The position numbers and the translations under genes are program-made. Shown here piece by piece: positions 13,025-27,291 of a DNA stretch of 64,000 nucleotides. The notes beneath the pieces were generated by a model, which was not told the origin of the DNA, did no database searches, and was given only the letters and a program-made list of their open reading frames with translations. Origin of the DNA: Podarcis gaigeae (lineage: Eukaryota); the NCBI GenBank assembly GCA_964106915.2, contig OZ066921.1. The stretch is one strand, 5' to 3'. Every line of letters starts with the position of its first letter. Position 1 is the stretch's first letter.

Positions 13025-14973
13025 AAAAAAACTATATGAAAAGTGTCACATGGGAGTCAGAGAACACTGTCAGAGGGTTCCCTTCTCACTTCAATAATTG
13101 AAACCAAAGTTCCTCATTATTTAGAACAATGGAGGAAATGAGGAGAGAGAGAACATATGTAAGATCCAAAGCACCTCCAGCTTTATTAATCCCATCATTC
13201 ATTCTTCATAGCAGACACACCGTTTTTTTGTTTGTGTGGTTGCTCATGAGTGCTCTATCCTAGCATTAATCTTTCAGTTTGACAGAAAGAGCACTGAAGT
13301 CTTTGCATAGTGAATGTAGGTGGGTAGATGGGTGTGGGGAAACTGGGAAGAAATACAAGTCATTAGATGATATACAGTGAAGAGAAAAAAAGTATATTGC
13401 AATACTGTCTCCCTATGCTTTCGCAGGAGGCTTGGCTATGGAAAGAAACAAAAACATTGGGGAAAAAATTAAATACATTACTGGAAGGTGACCCAGCAAA
13501 ACTGAGACCCATGGATTGCAGAGGTTTGCAACATCTATTCACAAATTCTCCATTCCTGGCTTCTGTGCACTATGGTTCTTTCACAACTTAGGTGCAATAT
13601 ACAAGGGTGTGTTTTTCTGTAACAGTACTCACTGGTACAGAGTAAGGGCAACTTTGCCACCAATGGCAGACATCTTGTGCCGACACCCACAAACATGTTG
13701 TAATATACATATGTTACTACTACACTGGGATGGGAGCAGCTCCCTGTGTCTCAGATTATGATGTACTGGATCCATTGCCATGCAATTGAGCAGCAGTGGA
13801 AACCTGTGGCCTTCTAGATGCTGGACTCCAACTCACAGAACCCCTGACCACTGGCCATGTTGCCTGGACCTGGTACTAACTTCACACCTTTTTATACCTG
13901 TCAGCCTAAAAGTCACTGGGGGGAGAGCATTAGGCACTGCTCAGCCACAATTTGATATAGCTTCCTTTATGCCCTCTGTATCCTGTGGGTGCACCTAAGA
14001 ACCTAGGAGAAGCACCCTGAGCTGGTGAACCCTCAGGATAAATCTTTCACTCCAGATCTGAAAGAGACTGCATCCTGAAACCAAACAGCCAAGGATTCCA
14101 GGGACATTTCCTCCCTCATGCTCGGTCCTGACTAACCATTTGAACATGCAAACAAAAATCAGAGATTGGAGGGAATTAAAGGATTGCTGGTAGAGGATAG
14201 CCAATTGTGTAAACAAGTCCTTAAAGGATCAAATATAATTGCTGTCTTAGCTGCTTTTTTACCATCTGGTAACTGATGATAGGCAATGGGCAGGATGCTT
14301 ATATACCTATTTGCGGCATGTTCAAGCCATGTGATTTCCCATTAACAGTTTATCCCTCCTCATAGAGCTTCTATTTCCTGTAAGGGGATTGGGCTAATGG
14401 TGGTTTTTGACAAAAGTCATGTCACAGGCCTTTCTGTGTTAGTGAACAGCCTAAGGTCACTAAGTCAGACGGTCAGTCTGGAAAACAAATCCATATTCCT
14501 AATCTTTAAGGCTGATACAGCATAGAGATAACTGTGTGTGATTGTGAGGTTACATGAAGTACAACCAAATGAGAGAAACAAATTCTTCGGACAGCTAGCC
14601 AACTAATAAAGACTCCTAAAATACATTTACTCCCATTTTATTTAAGGTTTTTTGTTTGTTTGTTTTTTGGAGGGGGCAGGAATCTTGTCATGAAATTATT
14701 ACATTTCTTAAATCATCTAGAGCTGAGAGAAAAATTCATTACACAATTTGTGCTTCCCAAAATGAATGTACAAATGGAAATGCAGCTACCCTGTAAAATT
14801 CACACTTCTCTGAATTTTGCAATGCAGTTCTCCAACAAAAAGATGTACTAAAAAGCAAGTATTGGGGAAATGTATGCGAGGAAAATGCATTTTAGTGGGG
14901 AAATATGCAAAAAGCATTGTAGGAAAAATTGTAAAAATGTGCATATTAAGAGAAACGGACAAAACGGCTTATA

Positions 14974-15148
14974 CAGGCAGCAACCATTTTATGCATGTCC
15001 AATTGACACACGATCATGCACATACTCGTTGCTGCCAACTGTGAAGTGGCCCCAAAGGGCCGCATAGGGGCCAGGTGGGCTTATGCACACTCTGCCAACA
15101 TGAGCAGGGGTCAGGAATGAAACCCCTGCACAAAATGGTCGCTGCCCG
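14974..15148. mobile_element. Tigger-like MITE nested in an older AT-rich DNA transposon fossil
   Basis: TIRs caggcagcaaccatttt / aaaatggtcgctgcccg flanked by TA on both sides. Confidence 0.8.
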
Positions 15149-15322
15149 TATGGGTTTTTACTTAGACTCTTTAAAAACAACAACTAATGCAGAAGTGGGA
15201 TAAACAGAAGTTAAAATGGGTGTTTGTGTGAGAGAGAAACTATGACAGAAACCACAACTGACAGATTTGTTCATCCCGAAATGCACATCTTTGCACTGGT
15301 TGAATTTGAGAATGTTGCCTGA

Positions 15323-15669
15323 TGTCATGAACTGGCTGGACACAGAGCAATGGTGGGTGGAACCAGCTGGGGAGCCACCAAGGGAAGAAGACTCAGAGCC
15401 TGAGGAGTGGTGGTGGGACAACAACACTCTCTGATTACTTGGGGAAAACCCTGAAGAGGGGGGAACTTAGATGGCTGTGGGGAAGCAGGGATTTTCAGTC
15501 TCAGGAACTGATCCATGGGGCAAGACCTACTGGGGGATGAACTGCTATGCTCATTAGGCCTGGCACTCCATGAAGTCTTTGCAGATCACATTCTTGCTAA
15601 TAAAGAGTTAGCTCCAACTTCTTGGTGTGATTTATTGCTGCCTCACTCCTGGATTCCAAAAGGGCCTCA
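15323..15669 (+). mobile_element. Probable solo LTR
   Basis: Begins TGTCA, purine-rich first half, AATAAA at ~15599, ends CA; TSD not convincing. Confidence 0.45.
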
Positions 15670-17664
15670 TCTGTACTTATGAAGAAAGCTGCCTTATATC
15701 TACACAGACCATTGGATCCATCTAGTCAGCATTGGCTACAATAACTAGGAGCTCCCCATCATTTTAGACAGGACTCTTTCCTCTTCCTTTGCAGATGTGC
15801 AAGAAATTAAACCTTTTGCATGCAAAGCATGTGTTTACAGGCCTTCCCAACATGGCTGCGCATGGAAGAAACCATGTCAGTAGGACCTGCTGGGTTACTT
15901 GCTACTGGAAAGCAGATTGCCCAGCGGCTCCCACATATCACATCAATCAAGCCTTCCCAGAGATGCGGCACTTCTGGAATCTCCTACCCTTTGAAGCCTG
16001 CCAAGCCTTATCTCAATCTGTAATTTTTATGGACTGTTTATATTGCCAGAACTGTTTTGTAGAAATTTAATGAATATGTGTGCTATAATGTGTGTCAGCT
16101 CTGCTATAAAAACTGAAGGTAATAAAAAGATATGAGCATAAAGCATTAGTGACCTGTTTTCCAACTTTTTAGTTACCAATAAAGGTTAAAAAAATGATAA
16201 CAGATACAATGAATTCATAACTGTGAGTTCCTTGAGGTAGCACTCATTTTGCCCCACTGATCTGGGGAATGGCTGGACAGTCCATATTTTAAGATGGCAG
16301 ATGTACCAGTAAATACACAGACTTGTGAATAATACACGGTTTGAAATTAGAGTGCTTCCATTTTGGGTTTTAAAAGGCCAGAAGATTATGCAAAGCCAAA
16401 TTCATGAGTATTTTTGAACACTGTAACTTTAATTTTTCTGAAGCATTAAAGAAAACTAACGTACCCATACTGATAAGGGTACAAACATATATGTGTTATG
16501 TACTTATCATGCAGACCAGCCCGACCATTAGGCAAAGTGAGGCAGCTGCCTCAGGCAGCAGAAGCTGGGGAGGGGGAGTGCATGAACCTCCCACCCAGGG
16601 CTGTGCAATTGCCAGTCCAGTTGGGTTCTGTATGTGGAATGAGGAGGGAGCACCATCTTGTTCTTTGCCTCACAAGCAAAATATCCAAAATTCCATCTCA
16701 GTCCTAGCTAGTCCCTGCTCTCAAAGTGCCAAATGCATGGGCCTTCACTGCTATCTTGTCCTAAATTTCTCTCTGCCACAATGGCTCCAAACTTCCAGAG
16801 CCACAAAGGTGAAAAAAAATTAATGTTAACACAGATAGATTTGATTGGGGAATAATTTTCTGAGCTTTTCTACAAATGGGTGGAAGGTGAACCCTGGTAG
16901 AGATACAGACAAGATAACAGTGGGGTATGACCTGACTGACCCAGTGAAGCATCTGAAAGACCTCAACTGAAATCTTATTTATTTATTTGAGTGGATGGGG
17001 AAACCCAGCCAGATGGGTAGAGTATAAATAATAAAATTATTATTATTATTTGGGACATTCATATTCTATATTTCTCCCGTGTAAGAACTCCAGGCAGTTT
17101 ACAGGAGGTTTGCAGTCTGAACACGCCCAGACCAGACCTGCTTAGCTCCAGCTAAGTGGGTGCAACTTGTGTCCACAGACCATGACCTCATATCCACATG
17201 ATGCTATGACAAACTGAGCACCAAATTTAAAAAATGTATAGTGGCTCTGAAAACACACAGTGAAACAGAAAGTGAGCAGTTCAAATATTCATGTCATGAA
17301 TTCAACAGATGTAGACAGGGGACCTGCATCACTCAGGCTCAGCTCCCCCATCTACAATACGGGCCTAATAATTCTCTCACACACAAACACACACACAAAT
17401 ATGAAAACGCCATATCCAATGTATTATTATCAACGTGTAATAAAAGTAGCAGCCCTACCCAAAGTTTGCAGGCTGATCTGAGGTTAAAAACTCCCTCCCA
17501 ATTCTCTGCTCTACTTTTGTCACTGCTTCTGGTTTCTTCAGTCATTTCAAAAGATCAGGGATTCATTTTGCCAGGGCAGGACCATCCCTACCATTGAGCA
17601 AAGTAAGGCAGATGCTTCAGACAGCAGAATGGGAACATGAAAGGAAGCAAATGCCTTGTTATTT

Positions 17665-18103
17665 CACAGAATCATAGAAATGTAGAGTTGGAAGGGACTC
17701 ATTTAATCCAGCCCCCTGCAATGCAGGACTCTCAACAAGATCATACATAACAGATGACTATCCAACCTTAAAAACCTCCAAAGAAGCTTTAAAAAAAAAA
17801 ATCCAAGGAAGGGGAGTCCACAACCTCCTGAAGGAGTCTGTTCCACTGTCAAACAGCTCTTACTGTCAGAAAGTTTTTCCTTATATTTAGTTGGAATCCC
17901 ATTTCTTGTAATTTAAAGCCACTGGTTTCAAGCCTTATCCTCCAGAGCAGGAGAAAACAAGCTTTCTCCATCTTCCATGTGTCAGCCCTTTAGATATTTG
18001 AAGATAGCTATCATATCTCCTCTCAATCTCCCCTTATCCAGGCTAAACATACCCAACTCCCTCAACCGTTCCAGTTCAGTGTCATCTGCAAATTTGATGA
18101 GCA
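17665..18103 (-). mobile_element. Internally deleted CR1 derivative, copy 1
   Basis: Minus strand reads [10 protein letters not shown] joined directly to [13 protein letters not shown], then the CR1 C-terminus and tail. Confidence 0.9.
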
Positions 18104-19567
18104 ATACAAGTCATTGCTACTACATTTTTTACTGCAAGGAAGGGGGAGAGGTGCTAGTGGGCTTTTCTGCTTCTTGTGCCAAATAACTTAGCTGGCCTTG
18201 GGTATTATGGATTTAGAGTGGTTGCTATGTTTCTTGCAGTAAAGTTTCTTGGGCCCATTCAAAAATGAAAATGATAATGGTGATTATGTTATTTCTTCTG
18301 TGCAATGAGAACTGAGTGGGGTTTTTTTTTTTTTTGTGTTTGTGTGTGTGTGTGTGTGTGTAAGCATGGGAACAGACTTCCTAGAAGCCTGTCCTTGGCT
18401 CTTCTCCCTTCATTTCCATCAAACAGTCTGAGGCTTCTGACTGCAGTCTTGATGCAAGATCCCACGAGAAAGACTTCCTCTTCATCCCTCGCATCTTTTC
18501 TTGCTTTGCCTTGTGAAAAGCCTGCTGTGGATTGGGGAGCGGCAGGGAGAGGCAGAGCACCAGTCTGCTGCCTTAGAGGAAATATCTTTCCTGTTCAGCT
18601 TGTTATTCAAACACAAAGTGGATAAGCTGTGTTTGAACTTTGAAACACCTGAGCCTGAACTAAGCTTAGCAACCTGCAAAGAGATTGAGAACATAGCGGC
18701 TTAATTCACATTTGGCTCAGCTACACATTTTCCCAGTTAAGACATCAAATATGGTATGACAATGTATAATCTATCACTTAGGAATCTCTGCCTCTATATA
18801 CCTCTTCCTTCTCTTTTGCACCCCTCTCCCCAAGCAGCCAATCTCTTCCACTCATTTTCGGATATCTTAAAACACTTTCCATCAAACATCTGCAGTCATT
18901 CCTTCCCAATATTTTTTCTTTTTAAAAAAGCTACCAAACTCTACTTTCTCAATTTTATTCAACAGACTCCTGGCTGTTCCAATAACTGAGTAATCACACT
19001 GTAACCATTAAACTTTATCTCTCATTGTCGGGCAAGTATGGGCTCTCTTTTTTTTGTTAAAAAAGCATTAATTTCATATAGATCTTACATTCCCTATTAT
19101 AATAAAACATGAGCCTGCTTTCCAAACACTCACTTTTGTTATTACTATTGATCACCGGTGAGACAAGATTGATTTCTTTTAATTTCTTTTGTTTCTGTCT
19201 CCCTCTCTCTCCCCCGCCACCTCTGCCCCACCTCAGCAGCACAGAACCAAACATATCAGATGCTCTGCCATGCGACTCTGTTTCCAGAGCTCTGAATGTC
19301 CCTTTCAGGGGCATTGATTTCTTTCCAGGGGAACAAGGAATGGAATGGAGTATCTTGGAATGGGGCAAGAGACATTTTGTTCCAGGTCCCGTTTGTAGTA
19401 GAATTTAAAAAAAAAACCAAACAGGATTTTTTTTGGAGGGGGCATACCACACTTTGTGTCAAGAATGGGGAACCTTTGGCTCTGAATATGTTGTTGGACT
19501 CCAGTTCCCATCAGCACCAGCCCTGCTCTTATGCCATGCATTTCTGAACTCAAAATTTTTAGGAAGA

Positions 19568-19570
<3 letters not shown>

Positions 19571-19606
<36 letters not shown>
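19571..19606. repeat. (GT)n microsatellite
   Basis: Direct reading. Confidence 0.95.
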
Positions 19607-19609
<3 letters not shown>

Positions 19610-19612
19610 TAT

Positions 19613-20008
19613 TAGGGTTTGGAGATAACTATGATTCAGTCTGCATTTAAAGGATAACTCACTCAAGTCACACTTTCTAATACAATATGCTAGCTGAACC
19701 ATGGCCATCCTTAGAAATTCTCACTTCTCTGAATTTTGAAATGCAGATCTCCAGCAAAGTAATAATGTATACAAAACCCCCAACCAAACAAGAGTAGAGT
19801 GTGCCTAGCAACAACACACATTAGTGAAAATTATGGCATTAGTGCAAGTAGCATACACACATGTATTATATTTGGGGGAAGTGCTTTATAGGATATGTAA
19901 GTTAGCCAAAATTGCATTTAAAAAAATGCAAATTGCTGTGGAAATACAAAAAAACTGAACTTAAGGTTGGAAAAATGAGAATCTGAAATTGACATGCTGG
20001 CCCATCCC
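19613..20008. mobile_element. Old AT-rich non-autonomous DNA transposon with TAGGG...CCCATCCC termini (hAT-like)
   Basis: Shares the core cagccatccttcgaaattcgcacttctctgaattttgcaatgcagttctcc with copies near 14690-15320, 34770-35218, 42370-42520, 44016-44458, 45418-45825 and 58372-58537. Confidence 0.65.
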
Positions 20009-20059
20009 GTGTGTGTGTGTGTGTTTCTTTAATTTCTGGCATGGTCCATGCTTAGCTCT

Positions 20060-20560
20060 ATGAATACTTCTTAGGTAGCAAAAACTCCGTTACGCACACA
20101 ACAATCTTTTGACTGCAATGCAAATGTTTTGCGTTTCCACCCGCCCCCCTTTCCTGCCACACACCGCTCTCCACGGCAACTGCAGGCATATAATTTATTA
20201 ATAAAGTGCTCCTTTTATAAGGGAGAGTTAATCTAGCCTGCAGAGGCTCTCTGAAGGAAGAGCTCACTCAACCAGAGGCCCTTCTGAGCACAAACACCGC
20301 TTGTATAAAATATCACACAATATTATTTTATACTTCCAGTTTCAAAGGGCCGGGTACTTTCCCCCATTAGACTAACAAATTACAGCAATTGTGGTCAGTA
20401 ATGTGGAGGTTTCTCTGCCGAGCACTTGCCCCTCGGGAGGAAAGAGAGCAGAGGGGTGTTAAAGCAACTGGGCCTTCCACTCAGTGTGCTAAGTCGCTTG
20501 ATAATGCTTAGCTATGAGACGCCAGAGGCAGGCCATAACAGGTTTTGATGTGAATACTTA
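20060..20560. promoter_or_regulatory. Candidate conserved non-coding element / enhancer
   Basis: Repeat-free, CpGs retained, octamer ATGCAAAT (20118-20125), TAAT and TTTAT motifs. No alignment available. Confidence 0.35.
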
Positions 20561-20698
20561 GGGTCCAACTTTCTCTATTAACTAAGCAGGGACAGTTCCA
20601 GGTTTTTGTGGGCTGTTAGGCAATGGTGGGGGGGGGCTCTTTATCACTGCTCCACAAATTCTGCCTTCTCTATATTAACTCCATCCCCCCCTCCAACC

Positions 20699-21302
20699 TA
20701 GGGGTGGGGAACTTCAGGCCCAAGGGTCACATGCATACCCTCCAACATTCCACTGATGAAAATTGGGTCACACATCTTTCAGTGCTGTGATCTCGTGGGA
20801 GCCAGCTAACACATGAGAGCATGGCACCACTTGCAACCACTGGCTCATTCTCCTCCCCAAGCTCAGCAGCAGTGGCACTGGGGGGGGGGGAGGAATGGGG
20901 CACTTTGGGATCAAATAAGAAGCCAGCTTCTGTAATTATGGGACATCCCAGGAAAATTGGGACACTTGAAGGGTATGGAACTGTCACTCTCCAAGTCTCT
21001 CTATTGCGCTCGCAGATTCTCCCCAGTCCAAGTCTCCTCTTGACTTGCTTTCCCGCCCACCTTGAGTGTTTTGCCTGGATGGAATGTATAAACTAGGAAT
21101 GTATCTTGCTTGCCTAGATGGATGAGAGAAAGGGGTATGTGAGACTGTGTAGAACTAACTAGCTTATTTTCCAAAAATAAAAATACATTTATTACTCTGC
21201 CCACTTTTGTTTCTGGCCCCACGCACCACTGGCATGTGGCCCCCAGAAGGTTGCCCAGAAGTAAATGTGGCCTTTGGTCTGAAAAGGTTTTCTTTCCCCC
21301 TG
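20699..21302. mobile_element. hAT (Charlie-like) non-autonomous element with nested insertion; relatives near 10790-11070, 24130-24420, 59195-59560
   Basis: Termini taggggtggggaacttcaggccc / ggcctttggtctgaaaaggttttctttcccctg; internal segments recur in the other copies. Confidence 0.55.
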
Positions 21303-24300
21303 TTTTAACTGTATTTCATCCCCCTTTGACTCTTCCCTCTTTAAACCGAAACCAGTATTTTATAAAGTGGGAGCTGAAATAATATATACTGGACAGATAC
21401 TTTACTACAGAAGCACATGACTAAGGATTTGCTAGTCTAGATTCTGGAACTAGTTTCTACTACGATGCTGATTCAGTTCAGCTCAGGCTGGAATAATGAG
21501 AAACCGAGAAAAGCCAAAACGGACAGATCCACCACCTGAGAGCCAGCACCATGGAACTCAATGGGAATTACTTCTGAGAAGATGTATGTGGGCTTACACT
21601 CTTAAATTTAGTTTGAGAAGGAGGAAACTCAAATTCACCCTTGTTTCACCTTTCTCATCTAATTTTAACAGGATGCAGAGTATTTGAAAAAGTTAAGAGT
21701 CAACAACAGCAAGGCACCATGAGATAGCGTGGAAAGCCCCATTTATTCCTCTGTGAGCAGCTGGAAAATAGCAAGCTTGGCTCTAGTTCTGGAGGGACTG
21801 AGGCTGAGTAAGGCTGCCTTTGGTGCACCCCAACACACACACCCCAGGGCCCACTGTTACTTGGGTCCCCCATGGAGGTGCTCCTGAAGCTCCCAGCACC
21901 CCATTGCTTTTGTGAGCAAGCAGATGCTCAGCACAGCTCCAGGTAGCTAAGGCATAAGAAGAGCACTGCTTAATCAGAACATAGGGCTCTCTATAGTAAT
22001 ATTCTGTCCCCACAGTCCCCAGCAGATCACCCAATGGGAAGCCAACAATACCACTCACATTGTCTTAAAAAAACTGATGTTCAGAGTTCTTTTCTGAGCT
22101 TTGAACCTGCTGCCGCTATGCTGCATTTGCTGATCCCCACATTTTAGTATTATAAAACAGAGGTCAATGGAATTATGCATAGTGGGGAGAAAGCAGAGAG
22201 AGAAATAGAAAGATTTTTCTTGCCACCTTACAGAATTAAAACTTGGGGTCCTCCAACTGAATGGTTTGGCACTAGGATTCAGAAAAGACAAATGAAATTA
22301 ACATTTCACCTACACAGATAATTCACTTGTGGAATTCACTGCCACTGGATGTGGTTATGGCCTCTGGCTTAAGATGGCTTTGAAAAGTTTTTTGTACTTC
22401 TGCAAACTGTAGGTTCTCCCCAAGTCTGCTGATACCGCCTTCTTCTCTGTAGATGGTGCTCTTTTGGCCTATGTATGGAAAATAATTTTGCTATAAAAAT
22501 ACAGCTGCCTCCACCATCCTGGTGCCCTCATATTATTTTGGAATGCAACACAGCCATGCTAGTTGGAGATGATGGAGACTGTAGTCCAAAATGTCTGGCA
22601 AATGTTGGAACACAACTTAGCTCAATGAAACCTATACGTTCAGAGCTGCCACACAGTGTCACTGAATACCAGTTAGAAAGAAAGAGATCATAGGCAAATA
22701 TGTACCCTACATTGGGTCAGATCTTTGGTCCATCACTTACAATGACTAGAAGTGGCTCTCCGGGTTTCAGGCACAGTTCTGTCCCAGCCATACCTGGAGG
22801 TGCCAGATATTGGACCTGGGACCTTCTGCATGCAAAGCAGGTGCTTGGCCACTGAGTTGTGTGGGCAACAGTGGGAGAGGGTTCCTGCTTTGATTCCTTC
22901 CTTGTGGGTTTCCTGGAGCCAACAGGTTGGCCACTGTGTGAAGAGGATGCTGAACCAGAAGCAACTGATCCAGCAGGGCTTCCCTTAATGTTCTTATGAA
23001 ATCATTGGGATGTTCACTTGAAATCATCAAAGGCCACCTGAAGCGGCCGTTGCACATTTCCTGATTCTCAATATTATTTAATTTCTCTGCAGCATGCTGG
23101 CTTCACCTCCCATTGGTTCTCCCCCCCTCCTTCCAAATTGCTTTTGGGACTTAGAAAGGGTGCCAGGACTGTCTTAATTATTCCACATTACATTTATAGC
23201 TATGTGTTCTCTCCAGATATTTGAAGTAATTTTTTAAAAAATGAGGTGTCTGAACACTATGGCGAAATGGCCAAGAGTTGAAACATTTTAATGGAGTGGG
23301 AATTTGAATGTCTGCACTTGAAAGCATGGTTTATTTTGACTAGATTGCTTTTCTCCACGGTCATCCCTGACCTCCTGCATTACTCTCAGTGGATTATTAT
23401 TTTTTTCCACCAAGGGAGATTTTTAAGCATGGACCAGAGTAGATAAGTGATATGGTCAAAATCACTACTAGCAAGCCCTAGAATTACTGACCACTTTAAT
23501 AGCTCCTGCTGACCTCCAAATGAAACTTCACCTTTGGTTATTAACATGTCTTTCCACTTTTATGATTTTTTTGGAACATAATTTGTCACAGTTTTTATCT
23601 GCTCAGAGCAAACGCTAGGCTTTTAAAAACTGAGTTATCTTTTTTACAACTGCTAACAATTACACATCACAGAACAGACCGGTTGGAAAAACCAATTATG
23701 AAAAGACCCCGCGTGGAAAGCGTATTCAGTGTTGGGAAGTTTTGAATTATAGATTTTTGAAGTATAGCCATGCAGCAGTGCTGCGCATAGGAAATGGAGA
23801 GGAGAAACCCTGCTTGGAAATGGCTTGTGAGATCTACAAGATAAGATAAGGGATGTTGAAATTAATTGCCCTTGTTTTGTATTAGGGATCACCACTGTTG
23901 TTTTCACAGTGCACTGCTAACCACCGCCATGTATCTCCCACCATAAAGTGATACCTGCTAATTCATAGTGTTGCCATTTTCAGCCACTGAACGTTGGTGT
24001 CAATGAGTCAGAGCTTGGAAACGGTTGTCAAAATGTGCCGTGGCTTTTCCCAAGGCTATTGTGACATCCTCCAGGTGTTCTACTACATCTCCAGACCCAA
24101 TTCAAAGTGATAGTATTAACCTTGGAAGAAGAGATCTCTGGGCTGGGGGTCAAATGTGGCCCTGCAGTCATTTTTGTCTGGCCCCCAGGCCTTTTCCCAA
24201 GCCACACCCCTTCTCTCTGGGCCACACTCTTCACCAGCCCTGCTTCAAATCCTCATTGATGGCTTTCCCCTGGCTGGAGTGCATTCTTGGAATCTAATAA

Positions 24301-24530
24301 TGCCTCTCAGTTGCTGGGATTCACAAAGGTAAAATTTGCATTTAAATCTCAACCTCTAGCTTTGCCCACAACTGGCAAGTGGCTCCCACAAGGTTGCCCA
24401 AATGCGAATGCAGTAGTAAACCAGGGCGGAGGGAACCTTTCACCCACCAGAGGTTGCTGGACTCCAGCTTCCCCAGCCAGCATGGTCAGGGATCAAGGGC
24501 AATGGGAGCTGCAAGAGAATGAGAACAATA

Positions 24531-24955
24531 ATAGAATCATAAGAATTGTAGAGTTGGAAGAGACCCCAGGGTTCATCTAGTCCAACCACTTGCATTGTGA
24601 GAATCTCAACTAGATCACACATGACAGATGGCCATTCAACTGCTGCTTAAAAACCTCCAAGAAAGGACAGTCTACTACCTCCCGAGGGAGCCTGATCCAC
24701 TTTCAAACAGCTCTTACTGTCAGAAAGTTCTTTCTGGTGTTTAGTAGGAAGCTCCGTTCTTGTAACTGGAAGCCATTGGTTTGGGTCCCGCCCTCCAGAG
24801 CAGGACAAACGAGCTTCCTCCATCTTCCGTGTAACAGCCCTTTAGATATTTGAAGATGGCTACCATATCTCCTCCCAGTCTTCTCTTATCCAGGCTAAAC
24901 ATACCCAACTCCCTCAACCATTCCACTTTGGTGTCATCTACAAATTTGATGAGTG
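24531..24955 (-). mobile_element. Internally deleted CR1 derivative, copy 2
   Basis: Minus strand LIKFVDDTKV joined to [29 protein letters not shown] (ORF 24741-24926), then the CR1 tail. Confidence 0.9.
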
Positions 24956-27291
24956 CTGGCTCATACTCTTTGTCAAGCTTGGCAACAGCAGCACTGGCAG
25001 GGGAAACAGGGACATTCTGGGATCAAATCAGAAGCTGGGACAGGTTTCGTAATTCTGGGACTGTCCCTGAAAAACAGAAACTTGGAGGGCATGTTACAGG
25101 GGTGTGCTCAGCAAAAAGCTATGGGGATGTTCTTGCACTAATGTGGGGAGTATGGGTTGGTTTTTTTTTAAAAAAAGTTATAAATAAACCTCTGCAGAAT
25201 GCAGAACCTCTGGCTACCTTAAGTATTGTTAAGTGGCAACCTTTTGTTGAATATTTTAGAGACATTTCTAGTGTTCTTAATCTTTTGATAGGTTTTTGTT
25301 TGGTCCCTAGCCATGGTGGGAAAAGAACTTTTTTGTCTCAGGCCAAAAATCATGAATGGACCATGCCTGTCCCTCTAATCCACCAGTGCCTGCATTACAT
25401 ATGAAGGGATGATGTGCTCCAGGCAGCATTATTCTTCAACTGGAACGTTAAGCAGAGATCCTGCACAATTCTGAACATTAACCATCCCATGATAGCCATG
25501 AAGAAGAGCTACGGGTTTTATTAACCTCTGTGTACTGGACACACTGCACTGGGAAAATAATCATTAACCTCCTCAAGAATTTGTGCAGGGTCTCCATTGC
25601 AAACTGTGCTAAAAAGGAATTGTTCTCAGAAATGCCTTTCATAGTCAAAACACAATTACCTCCTCTCCCCAATATAAACTTTTGCAGAAGAGCTGCAAAA
25701 CCAAAAATGAAGAAGGTAATAAAGACTGTACAGAAATTTAATTCTTATTTTTGGCTAAATATGTATATATTCAGGGATGGGCACACATATATGTAAGAAA
25801 TTTCCCTGCTGTTTTAGAAACTAAGTTGTAACACGTGCGCACATCCACCCACCAACCTTAATAATAATAATTCATTTCAATGTAAAATAGAAGTTGGAAT
25901 GTAGGAAACCACAGTTGCAACTTAACACTCCATACCTAACACCATCCTATATAAACACATACACACCTGAGGAAGGAATAGCATGTACATGCAAAGGTTC
26001 TCCTATCTCCACACAATCAAGATTTTCCCTTCAGGTGAACAATTTCTCTAGGGTTGCTGGCAATACATTTGGCAACAGTGAGAAGGGGATGCATGCACAT
26101 ATAACACCTTGGCAGGTGGGAGAGAGCTCCTGTTGCATGGAGACTTGGTATAACCTTTTGCACCCCTTCTCATGCTTGCCAAATACAGAACTGGCAGGGC
26201 TCTTTTTTTAAAAAAAAATATGTACCTTGTACTCATGATATTTCTATTCTATGTAAAATAAAGATAGCTGCAATTGTAAGACACTTGCAATAAGGATTTT
26301 TTTGAATATCAGTATAGGATAAAGTAGACAAATAAATGTGGAGAGATACAGAGAGAGTGTTGCATGAAATCGGTCCTTCCACTACTTCAGCTGGGATTTA
26401 GCCTTAATTATTCTTTACATTGCAACTGTGGTACATCCTATTAACAACAGTTTGGCTCCTGTTAAGAACTCCCACTAGTCAACTTCAAAGAAAATCATGC
26501 CATGCGTCCCCCGCCCCATCCCCGCTCCCATGCACTCCGTGTGTCAAATGCATTTGTTTTAATCAGCCTTACAACTTCATTATAGTGACTGAACATGGAG
26601 CGACTGGGTGTTGTTGCTTGTATGCCGCAGCGTAACATTAATTTTAACACAGCTTCCATCTAGCCTGGTGACAGAGAATACTTGAGTGATAATTGTTTGC
26701 TTTGGTAAATGTCTTGGTGTCATTCTCACATTAGCTGATGCATTTTTAATCTGTGCCTGTTGCTCCTTTCTTCAATTTGTTCTCCATTCACAGTTATTTG
26801 GAGATCAGCATGAAGCAAGATGAGTGACTAATTTCCTACCAGTACTAGCAGTGGCTGTGTGTTTGTTTGCTAATAGGTTGGGGTCATGGAGAGACCCATG
26901 GCAAAGAGAGAGAACACCATGATGGCCCACTTCAGGGGTAATAATTTTTTTACCACCATGTGAACAAACAATGCTGATTCTCAGGTTCATGTGCTCCTCT
27001 TAAATGCGGGAAGGCAAGAGATAAAAAGCAGCTGCTTTTGGATTTAAACCAGCCATTGTACCCTGTGACATCGACATTCAAGGAACTAGGGTTTGTTTAA
27101 TCTAGCCCTGATTTCATATCTTGTTCTCACAAAGACATGATAGTGGTCTTCAAATATCCAAAGGTCTATCATGCAGTAGATGGAACAGAATTGTTTTCTG
27201 CTGCTTCAAAGGGAAGGACTGCAATTAATGGGTAGAAATTCCAGGAAAGCAGATTTAAGCTAAACATTAAAGAGACTTTCTAATGGCAAGG

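Noticed and set aside
24850-25404. 184-aa plus-strand ORF
   Set aside because: Antisense read-through of a CR1 fragment and an adjacent MITE.
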